NCBI GenBank assembly: GCA_977020255.1
Contig: CDROCS010002432.1
Coordinates: forward strand, 62,001 to 126,000
DNA: 64,000 nucleotides
Direction of reading: 5' to 3'
Source of the DNA: Obrimoposthia wandeli
Taxonomy: Eukaryota
Part shown: piece after piece, positions 1-10,745 of the stretch
How the letters are laid out: each line of letters opens with the position of its first letter
Numbering within the stretch: position 1 is the stretch's first letter
The notes under the pieces: model-generated
What the model was told of the DNA's origin: nothing
The model's database searches: none
What the model saw: only the letters and a program-made list of their open reading frames with translations
Program-made: the position numbers and the translations under genes

Positions 1-379
1 AACAAGCTGTTGAAAAAAATAACTATATATCGACTATTAAAGTCGTAGGGGAATTATGTCGAGAGCAAGCATTATCTATATCGACTGACTTACAGCGGTT
101 GGTGTTAATAGCGATATATTTTTCGAAACCGATTAAAGAGGTTGTTCATGATTTACGCTAGATAAATGTGCATGGTGTCGCTTTTATCTTAGGCAACCGC
201 CGGTATTCTTTTAACTTTTATTACGTTTAGTGCAAAGCAATCAAATATTACTGTCTATAAATAATTAAACTTTTTGATAATATTTAATAAAATCAATATG
301 ATTTTGATAGTTGCTTTGATAGTTATTTGCAGATTTAAGTAGACAGCTGTTTCAATATCAATCATATTGCATTTTTTTA

Positions 380-2293
380 TTGTATAAATGGATTTTAGGA
401 ATAAAAATGAAGTTAATAACAGGATTTTTTGTCGTTGTTATATTTTTTGTCAGCTTTAGCGTTTTCTCACAAAGTACTACCGCTCAGATTGAACAAATTC
501 AGCAGTCGAGCAGCCAGCATAAACCAGAACAATTATTAGCATTACTCGGTGAACAACAGCTAGACGCTAGTAATCGTTTTCTAGTTCTAGACACCCTAAG
601 TGACTTCTACTATTCACTAGGTGACTTCAATCGAGCACTTTCATTCGCAGAGCAAGCCTTATATGTCGCTCAAAAACATAAGTTAGCGCTTGAAACGGGT
701 AAGGCACTGAAAAATATTGGCATAATGCACTACTCAACCGCTGATATAGACTCTGCAATTGTTTACTATAAACAGGCATTACCATACTTCCATGCCGATA
801 AAACGCCTATTTTAAGAGCTAATGTGCTAAATAATATTGCATTGGCTTATATAAAAAGTAGTGACATTATTGATGCGCTTGAGTACTTCAAAGAAGCTGA
901 GTTTTTATATCAAGAATATGGTACACGAATCGATGCTATCGATATTCAATATAACATTGCGCTGTTATATATTCGTTTAGACCATGCTAAAAATGCCATT
1001 GAAATGCTAAATGAAGTCATCGAAGAAAGGTTAGAAATTGATGATACCAGTGGACTATTTCTCGCATACTCGGATCTTGTTGTAGCACTAAAGCTGGACG
1101 AACAATTCGATGAAGCGTTAGCTCTTTCACATCGGGTGATAACGTATTACACAGAACAAAACGATTATTTCAACTTAAGCTCCGCGCTACATAATATTTC
1201 TGATCTCTACTTGAAAATATCCAAGCCTTTAGAAACAAAAAAATATGCATTAGAAGGAATGGCGTACGCTAAAAAATCTCAGAATAATAAAGCCGTAGTT
1301 GGCTTTTTTTACACCTTAGCTAAAGCTCAAATTGTACTCGGAGATTTGTCTGGCGCCATGCAGACGATTAAGCAAAGTAATGAGTTTATTAAAACGCTCA
1401 ATAATACCAAGCTTGAGAGTACAAATGATGGACTTTATTCGTTACTTTTGATGGCGAAAGGTGAGCCAGAACAAGCAATTGATCGCTATCAAAATTACCT
1501 TGTAGGTATCAAAAAAGCACATAGCGTCGCTTTTAATAATCAACTGGCTAAATTTGAAGCCAATCAATTAAAGCAAAAACTAGCGAACCTAGAGCATCAG
1601 GGCTCATTAAATTCATTACAAAAAGAGAATGAAAGTCGATTTAAAAATATGGTTTTTATTATTATCATTTTTGCATTCCTTGTCTTGTTTTTACTCTATA
1701 GGAGAGCGACAGATAAAAGTATTAAAAGACATTTAAAACAGAAGGTTAATGAAAGGACTATGGAGCTTGAGAATGTTAACAAAAAGCTGTTAGACCTTTC
1801 ATATTTTGACGGATTAACAAAACTTAAAAACCGTCGATGTTTTGATGAGGATATAACCTTGTTATGGGATAACAAAGAAAATCAAAACAATGCCTTCCAT
1901 ATTCTAGTCGCAGACATTGATTCTTTTAAGCAATATAACGACACCTACGGACATGTCGCTGGAGATAAAGCACTCACTAAAGTAGCGGAGGTGCTAAAAA
2001 ATAACATCAGAGAAAATGATGAAGTTTATAGATACGGCGGTGAAGAGTTTGCTATCATTTTTGACCATTGTGACGCTGAAATCGCAATAAATGCGTCAAA
2101 GCGTATTGTTGATAAAATTCAAAAAATTAATATCCCCCATGCATGCAGCGAATTTGAAGTACTTACGTTAAGTGCTGGCATTTCTACTTTCAATTTATCT
2201 AGCACTTTATCGATTGAAGACTTTATTAATCAAGCAGATAAAAAACTATATAAAGCTAAGGAAAGTGGCAAAAATCAACTCTGTTGGGCATAG
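380..2293 (+). CDS. TPR-repeat sensor diguanylate cyclase (GGDEF)
   Basis: N-terminal hydrophobic signal/TM, TPR-like helices (ALKNIGIMHY, VLNNIALAY), second TM (MVFIIIIFAFLVLFLLY), then D.LT.L.NRR, DIDSFKQYNDTYGHVAGD and RYGGEEF motifs. True start may be the ATG about 10 codons in. Confidence 0.92.
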   Translation: MYKWILGIKMKLITGFFVVVIFFVSFSVFSQSTTAQIEQIQQSSSQHKPEQLLALLGEQQLDASNRFLVLDTLSDFYYSLGDFNRALSFAEQALYVAQKHKLALETGKALKNIGIMHYSTADIDSAIVYYKQALPYFHADKTPILRANVLNNIALAYIKSSDIIDALEYFKEAEFLYQEYGTRIDAIDIQYNIALLYIRLDHAKNAIEMLNEVIEERLEIDDTSGLFLAYSDLVVALKLDEQFDEALALSHRVITYYTEQNDYFNLSSALHNISDLYLKISKPLETKKYALEGMAYAKKSQNNKAVVGFFYTLAKAQIVLGDLSGAMQTIKQSNEFIKTLNNTKLESTNDGLYSLLLMAKGEPEQAIDRYQNYLVGIKKAHSVAFNNQLAKFEANQLKQKLANLEHQGSLNSLQKENESRFKNMVFIIIIFAFLVLFLLYRRATDKSIKRHLKQKVNERTMELENVNKKLLDLSYFDGLTKLKNRRCFDEDITLLWDNKENQNNAFHILVADIDSFKQYNDTYGHVAGDKALTKVAEVLKNNIRENDEVYRYGGEEFAIIFDHCDAEIAINASKRIVDKIQKINIPHACSEFEVLTLSAGISTFNLSSTLSIEDFINQADKKLYKAKESGKNQLCWA

Positions 2294-2492
2294 CTTTATA
2301 GATGGTTTTATAGATAGCCCTTGTAGATAGTTTCTATAGTAAGTTCAATCAATGAGCCGAAGCTAAGTAGAATACTTAGCAATGTGCCTTGGATATTATC
2401 GCAAGGTACATCTGCTTACTTTTTATATCGTTATTTTCTCAGTCTTCACCGGATATCCGTGCTATCTGAACCAGATAGGGTCAAAACTATTT

Positions 2493-2518
2493 TGATCCTA
2501 CACCACAGCCCATTCGTA
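2493..2518 (+). promoter_or_regulatory. Putative ECF (sigmaE-ChrR type) promoter TGATC-N17-CGTA
   Basis: TGATC at 2493-2497 and CGTA at 2515-2518 upstream of the photolyase-related gene; same 17-nt spacing recurs at 2612-2637 and 4497-4522. Confidence 0.5.
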
Positions 2519-2611
2519 CAATACCTTCATTAAATCTTTCTAAACAAACCGTAAAAATGGCGTTTTTTATTGGAAGTGCAATTTTTATAATGTTGAAATA
2601 GCACAGAATTT

Positions 2612-2637
2612 TGGTCTACTTTCGGAGTTTTTTCGTT
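2612..2637 (+). promoter_or_regulatory. Second putative ECF-type promoter TGGTC-N17-CGTT
   Basis: TGGTC 2612-2616 and CGTT 2634-2637, 17-nt spacer, upstream of 2773. Confidence 0.35.
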
Positions 2638-2772
2638 AAGCGCTTGGATGATTTAATAAATAAAATATCGTCAGGTAGACGTTGTAAAATCAGTTTAACA
2701 TCGAAAAAATTAGCTAAGATTAAACAAGTTCAGATTAAAAAAATTCAGGCTAAATAAATGCAGGGTAAATAA

Positions 2773-4326
2773 ATGCAGGCAAAACATCTTAGACTTATTT
2801 TGGGCGATCAGCTAAATCCTCTGCACAGTTGGTTTGAGCAAATCGACAACGATGTGGTGTACATTATTGCTGAGCTGCATCAAGAAGCTAGCTATACCAA
2901 GCATCATAGCCAAAAAATAACGGCATTTTTTGCTGCGATGAATGACTTTGCCAAGCAGCTCGAAAATATGGGGCATCGCGTTTGTTATTTAACCTTAGAT
3001 GATACCGAAAAATATCGAAGTCTCACAGAACTGATAAAAGCATTAACTATAGATTATGCGAGTGAAAGCTTTATATTTCAGCGGCCCGATGAATATCGCT
3101 TACGCGTGCAGTTAAATGCTATGTCAGGGCTGTTAGATATACCGGTTTATGAAACTGACAGTGAGCATTTTTTATTGCCCTTTGATGAGCTAGCAGAGCA
3201 TTTTCAAGTGGCAACGCATGTTCGAATGGAAAACTTTTATCGTTATATGCGTAAACGTTTTACTATTTTAATGAATGGTGAAAAACCGGTTGGTGATGCA
3301 TGGAATTTCGATGCTAATAATCGACAATCTTTTAAAAAAGACGATCTTAAATTTATTCCTAAACCTTTGATATTCGACAACCCAGCTGAAAACTACCTGC
3401 TGCGCATAAACAAGCACAAAATTAAAACCATAGGGCGTGAATCAACCAATGTTGACTATGCTATTAATCGCCAACAGTCGTTGACACTATTGCAGTTCTT
3501 TTGTCAGCATCAGTTAGCTAACTTTGGTAATTTTCAAGATGCGATGACCTTAGCATCACCTTATGCATACAGCTTATATCATTCACGTCTTAGCTTTTCA
3601 TTAAATTGTAAAATGATCAGTCCAGCAGAAGTTATACAAGCAGCATTGCTTGCTTATGATGACGGTAATGGGAAAATCAGCCTTTCACAGGTTGAAGGCT
3701 TCATCAGACAAATTTTAGGCTGGCGTGAGTATGTTAGAGGTATGTATTGGGCGAATATGCCAAATTATAGTGAGCAAAATTTTTTAGCGGCTAAGCGTGA
3801 TTTACCTGATTTTTTTTGGAACGCTAAAACTCATATGCAGTGCTTAAAAAGCGCCATATCACAGTCACTTGAACATGCCTATGCCCACCATATTCAGCGA
3901 TTAATGATCACCGGTAACTTTGCTTTATTAGCTGGCATTGACCCTAAACAAGTCGACGAATGGTATCTAGGTATCTACATTGACGCGATCGAATGGGTTG
4001 AATTGCCAAACACTCGTAGCATGGCGCTGTTCGCTGACGGAGGATGGATTGCCACTAAACCTTATGCCGCCAGTGGTAACTACATTAATAAAATGAGCGA
4101 TTATTGCAAAAGCTGTCGCTATAACGTGAAAGAAAAAGTCGGTGCTAATGCCTGCCCGTTAAATAGTCTGTATTGGAATTTCATTGACCAGCATTATGAT
4201 AAGTTTTCTTCGAATCACCGAATGAGCTTTCCTCTTCGTAATTGGGATAAAATGGCACCAGCTCAAAAAGTCGAAATTAAAGCACATGCAGAAATGTTAC
4301 TCAGTAAGCTTAACTCAGGTTCATGA
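2773..4326 (+). CDS. Cryptochrome/photolyase-related protein (DPRP / FeS-cluster bacterial cryptochrome-photolyase type)
   Basis: LRLILGDQL N-terminus, RMENFYRYMRKR, WNFDANNR, YHSRLSFSLN, GFIRQILGWREY, YAHHIQRLM, KPYAASGNYINKMSDYC plus the C-x2-C...C pattern typical of the family. Confidence 0.9.
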   Translation: MQAKHLRLILGDQLNPLHSWFEQIDNDVVYIIAELHQEASYTKHHSQKITAFFAAMNDFAKQLENMGHRVCYLTLDDTEKYRSLTELIKALTIDYASESFIFQRPDEYRLRVQLNAMSGLLDIPVYETDSEHFLLPFDELAEHFQVATHVRMENFYRYMRKRFTILMNGEKPVGDAWNFDANNRQSFKKDDLKFIPKPLIFDNPAENYLLRINKHKIKTIGRESTNVDYAINRQQSLTLLQFFCQHQLANFGNFQDAMTLASPYAYSLYHSRLSFSLNCKMISPAEVIQAALLAYDDGNGKISLSQVEGFIRQILGWREYVRGMYWANMPNYSEQNFLAAKRDLPDFFWNAKTHMQCLKSAISQSLEHAYAHHIQRLMITGNFALLAGIDPKQVDEWYLGIYIDAIEWVELPNTRSMALFADGGWIATKPYAASGNYINKMSDYCKSCRYNVKEKVGANACPLNSLYWNFIDQHYDKFSSNHRMSFPLRNWDKMAPAQKVEIKAHAEMLLSKLNSGS

Positions 4327-4496
4327 ATACTTGCGGTTGAAATAATATCGACAGTCTTGAAACTTCTTGTGTTAGCCGTTTATTGATAACGGTATCTGAA
4401 ATAAATTATCGACGTTTTCGAATAAAAACATCACTAACTCCTGCCCCATTTTTACCGTGATATGGCCGCTTAGCATTGAAATATTCGTACTGAAAT

Positions 4497-4522
4497 TGGT
4501 CTTTATTTACTGAGTGTCCGTA
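4497..4522 (+). promoter_or_regulatory. Putative ECF-type promoter TGGTC-N17-CGTA
   Basis: TGGTC 4497-4501, CGTA 4519-4522, about 40 nt upstream of the 4560 start. Confidence 0.45.
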
Positions 4523-4559
4523 TAGCTACTTTGTTATTTATCAATTTTAGGGCGGCTTT

Positions 4560-4811
4560 ATGTCAAGGTCTGTGGATGAAAAATCAAGAATCATTGAAAT
4601 GGCTTGGGAAGACCGAACTCCTTTTGAAGCCATTGCGCATCAGTTTGCTATGCAAGAGCCTGATGTTATTAAATTTATGCGTAAGCAGTTAAAAGCCAAA
4701 AGCTTCAGGTTATGGCGAGCCAGGGTAAATGGTCGGGCGACCAAACATGTAAAACTTAGAAGTGATGAGGTCAGCCGAGGTTATTGTCCAACGCAATATA
4801 AACAGCGTTAA
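4560..4811 (+). CDS. TIGR03643/DUF2805 family small protein
   Basis: SRIIEMAWEDRTPFEAI...EVIKFMR..LK..SFRLWR.RV.GR.TKH signature. Confidence 0.85.
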   Translation: MSRSVDEKSRIIEMAWEDRTPFEAIAHQFAMQEPDVIKFMRKQLKAKSFRLWRARVNGRATKHVKLRSDEVSRGYCPTQYKQR

Positions 4812-4877
4812 TACTGAGCCATTACTTTGATGGTTTGTAATGACCTACTTATTCAATTTTTTATTAAATTTTTGTTT

Positions 4878-5125
4878 TATACCCAAACCACTTGAAGATG
4901 CAGTTTCAGAGCTAAGCTAGGAAATCAGATCAAGGCGCAGCACGAAGACAATGGTTATTCCCTTATCAAGTGCTGCAACGCTGAGCTGGTTTTCTTAAGG
5001 CGAGAAAGGGTCATCTCCGGCGTTATTGATTTCGACAATGGAACAACCATTCTCTTCAATCAATGCCTTGGTGCTAACCCTTTCTCGACTTGCTGAATCC
5101 CGCATTTTCAAGTGGCTTGGGTATA
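4878..5125. mobile_element. 248-bp MITE-like element with terminal inverted repeats and TATA ends (ERIC-like termini)
   Basis: Left TATACCCAAACCACTTGAAGATGC versus reverse complement of right end TATACCCAAGCCACTTGAAAATGC (22/24 identical); two internal 51-bp CAAGGCG...AACGC stem modules in opposite orientation (4931-4981, 5020-5070); no ORF. Confidence 0.8.
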
Positions 5126-5257
5126 TAAGGTATCGCTAGGTTTTTTTCTTGGCTTGCTTGAAGATTTTTGATGGTTTCTTAATAGCACTCATTGTGTGAA
5201 AGCGACGAGTATGAAGACAAATACGAGTGTAAATATAAGATATTTCAGTAAAGAAAA

Positions 5258-5285
5258 AAAACGGGCATCAAGTGATGCCCGTTTT
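5258..5285. terminator. Intrinsic (probably bidirectional) terminator downstream of putA
   Basis: Perfect hairpin AAAACGGGCATC-AAGT-GATGCCCGTTTT flanked by A and T runs. Confidence 0.8.
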
Positions 5286-5313
5286 ATTTAACTTTAGCTA
5301 CTAGCCTTAGAGA

Positions 5314-8300
5314 CTAATCTTCTTCAACCAAAGTCATCAATGACGTATTACCACCAGAAGCAGTAGTATCAATACTGATGGTTTTTTCAGTTAATAAACG
5401 CTGAATTAAACTATCAAAGTATTCTGAACTGATCACGGGAAGTATTGCACCTTCACGTTCGGCTAATTTTTCACTGATGTAATGTTTACGATCACAATGA
5501 CTATCAACCACAACGCCGGCTAAAGCAGGGTGCGATAACATTGTTGATAAATGGCGTAAACGTGCAACCTGGAAAACACCTTCATCAGCACCTGTCGACA
5601 AAAACTTATCTCTAAAGGCAATGGCTTCATCGTAGTACAAGTCAGACACTACACTTATGACGGTATTACCTGTTGCTAATGAGGTAACAATAGAAAGCAC
5701 CCAGAAGTGAAAGCTAACGGTGGCATCAGCAAAACAGATAATGTTACCGCGGTTTTCTAAATACAGAATATTCGATTCGCCTGTTGGACCCGGTAAAAAC
5801 GTGGGCTTTTTCAAACGTTTTTCAATATCAATTAACTGTGAACGAGCCGACGTTAAGGTGCGATTTAAATCGTCCGCCAAATCATCAACAATGCCGACAT
5901 GCGCAATTTTTGCGAGCAGCTGACGAACACAAGAAATACGTGTGTTTAACTCAGTTAAGCGCCAATTTTTTTCAGCAGCATTGGCTTTATCCATAAACAA
6001 AATTGATTCTTTGTCAGACTGGTCATCCCCGTCTAACGCTTCAACTTGTGAAGGGAGTAAATTAAATTGTTCGGCATCTGGTGTGGCTTTTTCTATCACT
6101 AAACGTGTTAAGTAGTTCGGGCCACCCGCTTTTGGTCCTGTGCCTGAAAGGCCACGGCCACCAAAAGGTTGTACGCCAACAATAGCGCCAATCATATTAC
6201 GGTTGATATAAACATTACCCGCGCGCGATAGCTTGGCTAAATCAAAGGCACGATGTTCAATACGGGTATGAATACCCATAGTTAAACCAAAACCTGTGCC
6301 ATTAATGTTATCAATAACGCTCTCTATTTCATTACCTTTAAAACGAACAACGTGTACACAAGGACCAAATACTTCCTGTTTTAACACACTAATATCGTTA
6401 ATTTCATATAGGCGAGGAGCAAAGAAAAAGTGTTCATTGTCAGCAACTTCATCAGAAATAGCACACTGGTATAATAATTTACCATGCGTTTGCATGTAGT
6501 CACTGTGGGCATTAAGTGCGTCTAATGCTTTTTGATCAATCACTGGGCCAATGTCAGTGCTTAGCTTTGCAGGATTACCAACATGTAATTCTGCTAAGGC
6601 ACCTTTAAGCATGGTGATCACGTCATCTGCTATATCTTCTTGCAAAAACAGGACACGTAATGCTGAACAACGTTGTCCTGCTGATTGAAAGCCAGAAGAA
6701 ATAACATCATCAACCACTTGCTCAGGCAAGGCGCTTGAGTCAACGATCATACAGTTTTGACCGCCAGTTTCTGCGATAAAGGGTACTTGATCGCCACCTC
6801 GGTCAGCCAATGTTTGTGAAATCACTGTACCGGTTTGTGTTGAACCGGTAAACATCACTGTTTGCACACGCTCGTCAGGCACAATAACACGGCCAACTTC
6901 GCTACCACGGGCAATAACGGCTTGTACTACGCCTTCAGGCAAGCCAACTGATTTCATTAAATCAATGGTGCGTAAAGCAATTAAACTGGTTTGCTCTGCA
7001 GGTTTTGCTAATACAGTATTACCAGTAGCAATTGCCGCCGCCACTTGGCCTAAAAATATCGCTAATGGGAAGTTCCATGGGCTAATACAAAGTACCACAC
7101 CACGCGCTTCTAAACGTTCATCGGCGGCAATGTCAATCGCTCGCTCTGCGTAATAGCGACAAAAATCAACCGCTTCTCTTACTTCATCAATGCCGTCTTG
7201 GGTAATTTTACCGGCTTCTTTAATACATAAAGCAATAAGCTCATCGGTATGGCGCTCTAAAATATCAGCCACGCGACATAATAGTGCGGCACGTTCAGTG
7301 ACCGGCGTTTTCGACCATGAAGCAAAAGTGGCTTGTGCGGTATCAATCATCGCCAACATATCTTCTTTGCTGTGGTGATGATGAAAGCCGATAATTTCAC
7401 TGTGATTTGCTGGGTTCTTAACCGCAACAGCGCCGTCTGGCACATCATTTTTATTTAATAGATTATCAACAAACCAGTTGTCTAATGAGGCTTTTAACGG
7501 CGTAATAACACTAATGTCGGTTAAATCTAAACCTTTAGAATTATCACGACCAAGACCTTTTGCATCATGGTATAACGCAATAGGTTTAATAATTTGATTA
7601 TTGTATTTATCTTTTAAGCGCTGCGTTTTTTCAACAGGATCTTCAAGTAAAGACTCAACCGGTTGAGACTCATCAACGATCGCATTAACAAAAGACGAGT
7701 TAGCGCCGTTCTCTAACAAACGACGTACTAAATAGGCTAATAAGTCTTCGTGATGGCCAACAGGTGCATAAATACGACATTGAATGTTTTCGCCCGATAC
7801 GATTTGATCGTATAAAGAGTCGCCCATGCCATGTAAACACTGAAACTCAAAGCCTTCCTTATCATCACCGGCCAATTCAACAATGGTAGCTGCTGTGTAA
7901 GCGTTATGCGTAGCAAACTGCGGATAAATAGTATCTCTGTATTCTAATAATTTATTGGCACAAGCGTGATAAGAAACATCGGTAGATGATTTACGCGTGA
8001 AAACAGGGAAGTGCTGATGACCATCTTTTTGGGCATTTTTGATTTCTGAATCCCAATAGGCGCCCTTAACTAAACGTACCATCATTTTTCGGTCAACACG
8101 TACCGTTAACTCTCGTAACCAATCAACCACAAAAATAGCGCGTTTTTGGTAAGCTTGTAGCGCAATACCAAAACCATCCCAGCCACTTAATTCGCTGTCA
8201 CTAAATACGGCTTCAATGATATCAAGTGAAATATCTAAACGTTCAGACTCTTCTGCATCAACCGTAAGGCCAATGTTATAGCTTTTTGCTTGTATACAAA

Positions 8301-9138
8301 GCGCTTTAAGTTTTGGCACAATTTCGGCCATAACACGTGCTTCATGAGTAAACTCGTAACGAGGGTGAATAGCTGAAAGTTTTACTGAAATACCAGGCAC
8401 TTTGCGTGGGTCATTTTTACCCGAAGCACGAGCAACTTTACCAATGGCTTCTATCGCCACTTGATAAGCTTTAAAGTAACGGTCAGCGTCGCCCATTGTA
8501 CGAGCACCTTCACCTAGCATATCGTATGAATACACATAACCTTGCTGTTCTTTGGTGGCGGCACGTTCAGTAGCGGCTTTAATGGTTTCGCCCATAACAA
8601 ACTGCTTACCCATAATTTTCATGGCGTAGTTCATTGATTTTCGAATAACCGGCTCACCTAAACGTCCGATAACTTTTTTCAATAAACCAAAGCCATCTTG
8701 TTTACGCTTGTCAGCATAATTAACCATAGTGCCGGTGATTAATAAGCCCCATGATGAGGCATTAACGAATAATGAATCACTACCACCTAAATGGGCGCTC
8801 CATTGGCCTTGCGAAATTTTGTCACGAATTAACGCATCTTGCGTATGTTTATCTGGTACGCGTAATAGCGCTTCCGCCAAACACATTAATACCACACCTT
8901 CTTCACTTGAAAGTGAGTATTCTTTTAATAAAGCATCTATTGCGCCGTTGCCTGCCTGGTCTTGACGAATTTGCAAAACCATTTTGCGCGCTCTTTCCCA
9001 AGCCCTACTTCTCGCACTAACATTAACCTCAGCTAAAGGGAGAATATGATCTACCGCTATATTTTCATCAATACGATAAAATTCACGTATTCTCTGACGA
9101 ATTGGGCAGTCTGTGATAAACGAACCGTTAAAAAGCAT
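5314..9138 (-). CDS. putA: Bifunctional proline dehydrogenase / P5C dehydrogenase PutA
   Basis: EGVVLMCLAEALLRVPD, SYDMLGEGA, RLVKGAYWD, YPQFATHNA, YLVRRLLENGANSSF, ISPWNFPLAIF, AETGGQN, SAGQRCSALR, PFGGRGLSGTGPKAGG. Confidence 0.97.
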   Translation of the reverse strand: MLFNGSFITDCPIRQRIREFYRIDENIAVDHILPLAEVNVSARSRAWERARKMVLQIRQDQAGNGAIDALLKEYSLSSEEGVVLMCLAEALLRVPDKHTQDALIRDKISQGQWSAHLGGSDSLFVNASSWGLLITGTMVNYADKRKQDGFGLLKKVIGRLGEPVIRKSMNYAMKIMGKQFVMGETIKAATERAATKEQQGYVYSYDMLGEGARTMGDADRYFKAYQVAIEAIGKVARASGKNDPRKVPGISVKLSAIHPRYEFTHEARVMAEIVPKLKALCIQAKSYNIGLTVDAEESERLDISLDIIEAVFSDSELSGWDGFGIALQAYQKRAIFVVDWLRELTVRVDRKMMVRLVKGAYWDSEIKNAQKDGHQHFPVFTRKSSTDVSYHACANKLLEYRDTIYPQFATHNAYTAATIVELAGDDKEGFEFQCLHGMGDSLYDQIVSGENIQCRIYAPVGHHEDLLAYLVRRLLENGANSSFVNAIVDESQPVESLLEDPVEKTQRLKDKYNNQIIKPIALYHDAKGLGRDNSKGLDLTDISVITPLKASLDNWFVDNLLNKNDVPDGAVAVKNPANHSEIIGFHHHHSKEDMLAMIDTAQATFASWSKTPVTERAALLCRVADILERHTDELIALCIKEAGKITQDGIDEVREAVDFCRYYAERAIDIAADERLEARGVVLCISPWNFPLAIFLGQVAAAIATGNTVLAKPAEQTSLIALRTIDLMKSVGLPEGVVQAVIARGSEVGRVIVPDERVQTVMFTGSTQTGTVISQTLADRGGDQVPFIAETGGQNCMIVDSSALPEQVVDDVISSGFQSAGQRCSALRVLFLQEDIADDVITMLKGALAELHVGNPAKLSTDIGPVIDQKALDALNAHSDYMQTHGKLLYQCAISDEVADNEHFFFAPRLYEINDISVLKQEVFGPCVHVVRFKGNEIESVIDNINGTGFGLTMGIHTRIEHRAFDLAKLSRAGNVYINRNMIGAIVGVQPFGGRGLSGTGPKAGGPNYLTRLVIEKATPDAEQFNLLPSQVEALDGDDQSDKESILFMDKANAAEKNWRLTELNTRISCVRQLLAKIAHVGIVDDLADDLNRTLTSARSQLIDIEKRLKKPTFLPGPTGESNILYLENRGNIICFADATVSFHFWVLSIVTSLATGNTVISVVSDLYYDEAIAFRDKFLSTGADEGVFQVARLRHLSTMLSHPALAGVVVDSHCDRKHYISEKLAEREGAILPVISSEYFDSLIQRLLTEKTISIDTTASGGNTSLMTLVEED

Positions 9139-9914
9139 GTGCTTTCCTCAAAATGGCTAAAAAGTAGCTTGGTACTAATTAGGGATAGTTGCAATAGAAT
9201 TAATTCGTGCATTCTAATGAAAACTTAGCCGGATATGCTAGCTAAATTTAGCTTTTTATCCATTTAAAATTTTGCCAAAGCACGATACGCCCGTAGAATA
9301 TTTTTTATATCGGATATTTAACATATATAAAACTGAATAAAAACAAGCAGAAACATGAATGTAAAGGCCAAAATATACTCGAAATAATTTTTATTGTTAG
9401 CCATTAATTCAGCTTATATATCGAATAATAGCTCTTATATTTTCAACGTTTAGGCATTTAAATTATCTTACTGTTTGCTTTTCAGCTTCACTCATTATCT
9501 AACGAGATAAAAAATAGCTCAGAAGCTGTAAAGTAGCACCTTTATATCATCTTATTACAGTAAAATTTTAAGCACTGAGCACGCTTTGTTTTAGTTGATT
9601 TATATCTTACTGATTTTAAATTTGAAAAATATAACTCGCCATTATTTTAGTCTTTTCTGTGTCATGTTTTTTGGATTTTTGGGTATATAAAGATTTAATT
9701 TGTTGAACATATTAAGGTAACCGGCAATGCGAATTTAGTCATGAGGCAGGTTGCAATGAATGATGACTATTTGCCGTAAATGGCTTTAAATAACCGCGCA
9801 ATTATTTTTTAAGGGAAAACCAAGTTGGTGGCTATTTTACTGGTGATGATTGTTAGTAATATAAACTATGTGATACTTTGCCATTTTGTATGTTGATTTT
9901 ATGGCAGAACAAAA

Positions 9915-10745
9915 TCAATAGTTACACTGATTAAATACTCCTTGCTCAATCAAGTATTTACGCCAGTGCTGCCAAAGCTCTTCTATTGCTGGTTTGCAGT
10001 AATCGTTTTGCTTAATTAGTACTTGTTTGGTCTTTGTAATGTCTTGTTCACTCAATAAGGTTTTAATAAACAAATGTTGGCCGTAATTTAAGTCTATTAG
10101 GCCTAAACGATAGTTTCGACGAATGATTAAGCCATAGCTTGTTTTGGGCTGCGCAAGCTCAGGCTGATGTTGGGCATTAAATGCCCGGTAATATTCTAGA
10201 ATCGGGTGTTTATGACAAAGAAGCTTACATACAGGAACTAAACTTAATTGTTTGTCAGGTGTATCAAGCTTTGCTTGTATTTGCTCATGGTCTAATGCGC
10301 TGTCGGGTATTTCTTGATCAAACAAGTGATTTAAATCAGCTTCGAAATCAGCTAGTTCAATCATAAAGTCAGGCCAGTCTTCTTTTACTTCCTGTTCGGC
10401 GTCGGGGCGTGTTTGCTGCAAAAAGTGACTAAAACCATCACCAAGGTTATTCAAACTATAATGCTTTGACGGATAGCTATGTAAATACTGCTGCACAAAC
10501 AGTTGGAAAATTTCATCGCCTAAAGCAAACTTTAAGGCACTAAATTGATTAGCCATACATTGTTGTAGCCGCATGACATAGCTGCGCTGATAGATACCCA
10601 AATGCGCTTTAGCCGACATTCTAGCTGATGAATTTATTTCCTTATTGATAAAATTTTGCTGTTGCTCTTGTAACCTCGAGCTTAATAATATTTGCTGCAT
10701 TTCCGCTTGTAGCACTGATAAATGACTGTTTAGTAGAAGCTTCAT
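9915..10745 (-). CDS. DUF2063 / HvfC-BufC-like MNIO partner protein
   Basis: LGIYQRSYVMRL...FSALKFALGDEIF...YLHSYPS.HYSLNNLG..FSHFL motif; start overlaps the DUF692 stop (ATGA). Confidence 0.85.
   Translation of the reverse strand: MKLLLNSHLSVLQAEMQQILLSSRLQEQQQNFINKEINSSARMSAKAHLGIYQRSYVMRLQQCMANQFSALKFALGDEIFQLFVQQYLHSYPSKHYSLNNLGDGFSHFLQQTRPDAEQEVKEDWPDFMIELADFEADLNHLFDQEIPDSALDHEQIQAKLDTPDKQLSLVPVCKLLCHKHPILEYYRAFNAQHQPELAQPKTSYGLIIRRNYRLGLIDLNYGQHLFIKTLLSEQDITKTKQVLIKQNDYCKPAIEELWQHWRKYLIEQGVFNQCNY

Noticed and set aside
1-20. AACAAGCTGTT at the window start resembling the attC left arm at 59356
   Set aside because: Match is only 11 nt, the following sequence does not form the attC palindrome, and the upstream context is missing.
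5720-9228. Short plus-strand ORFs within putA
   Set aside because: Antisense shadows of a long conserved gene with no recognisable motifs. The same applies to the short ORFs overlapping the kinase, hybrid kinase, cobQ, btuB, cobB and cobN-like genes.
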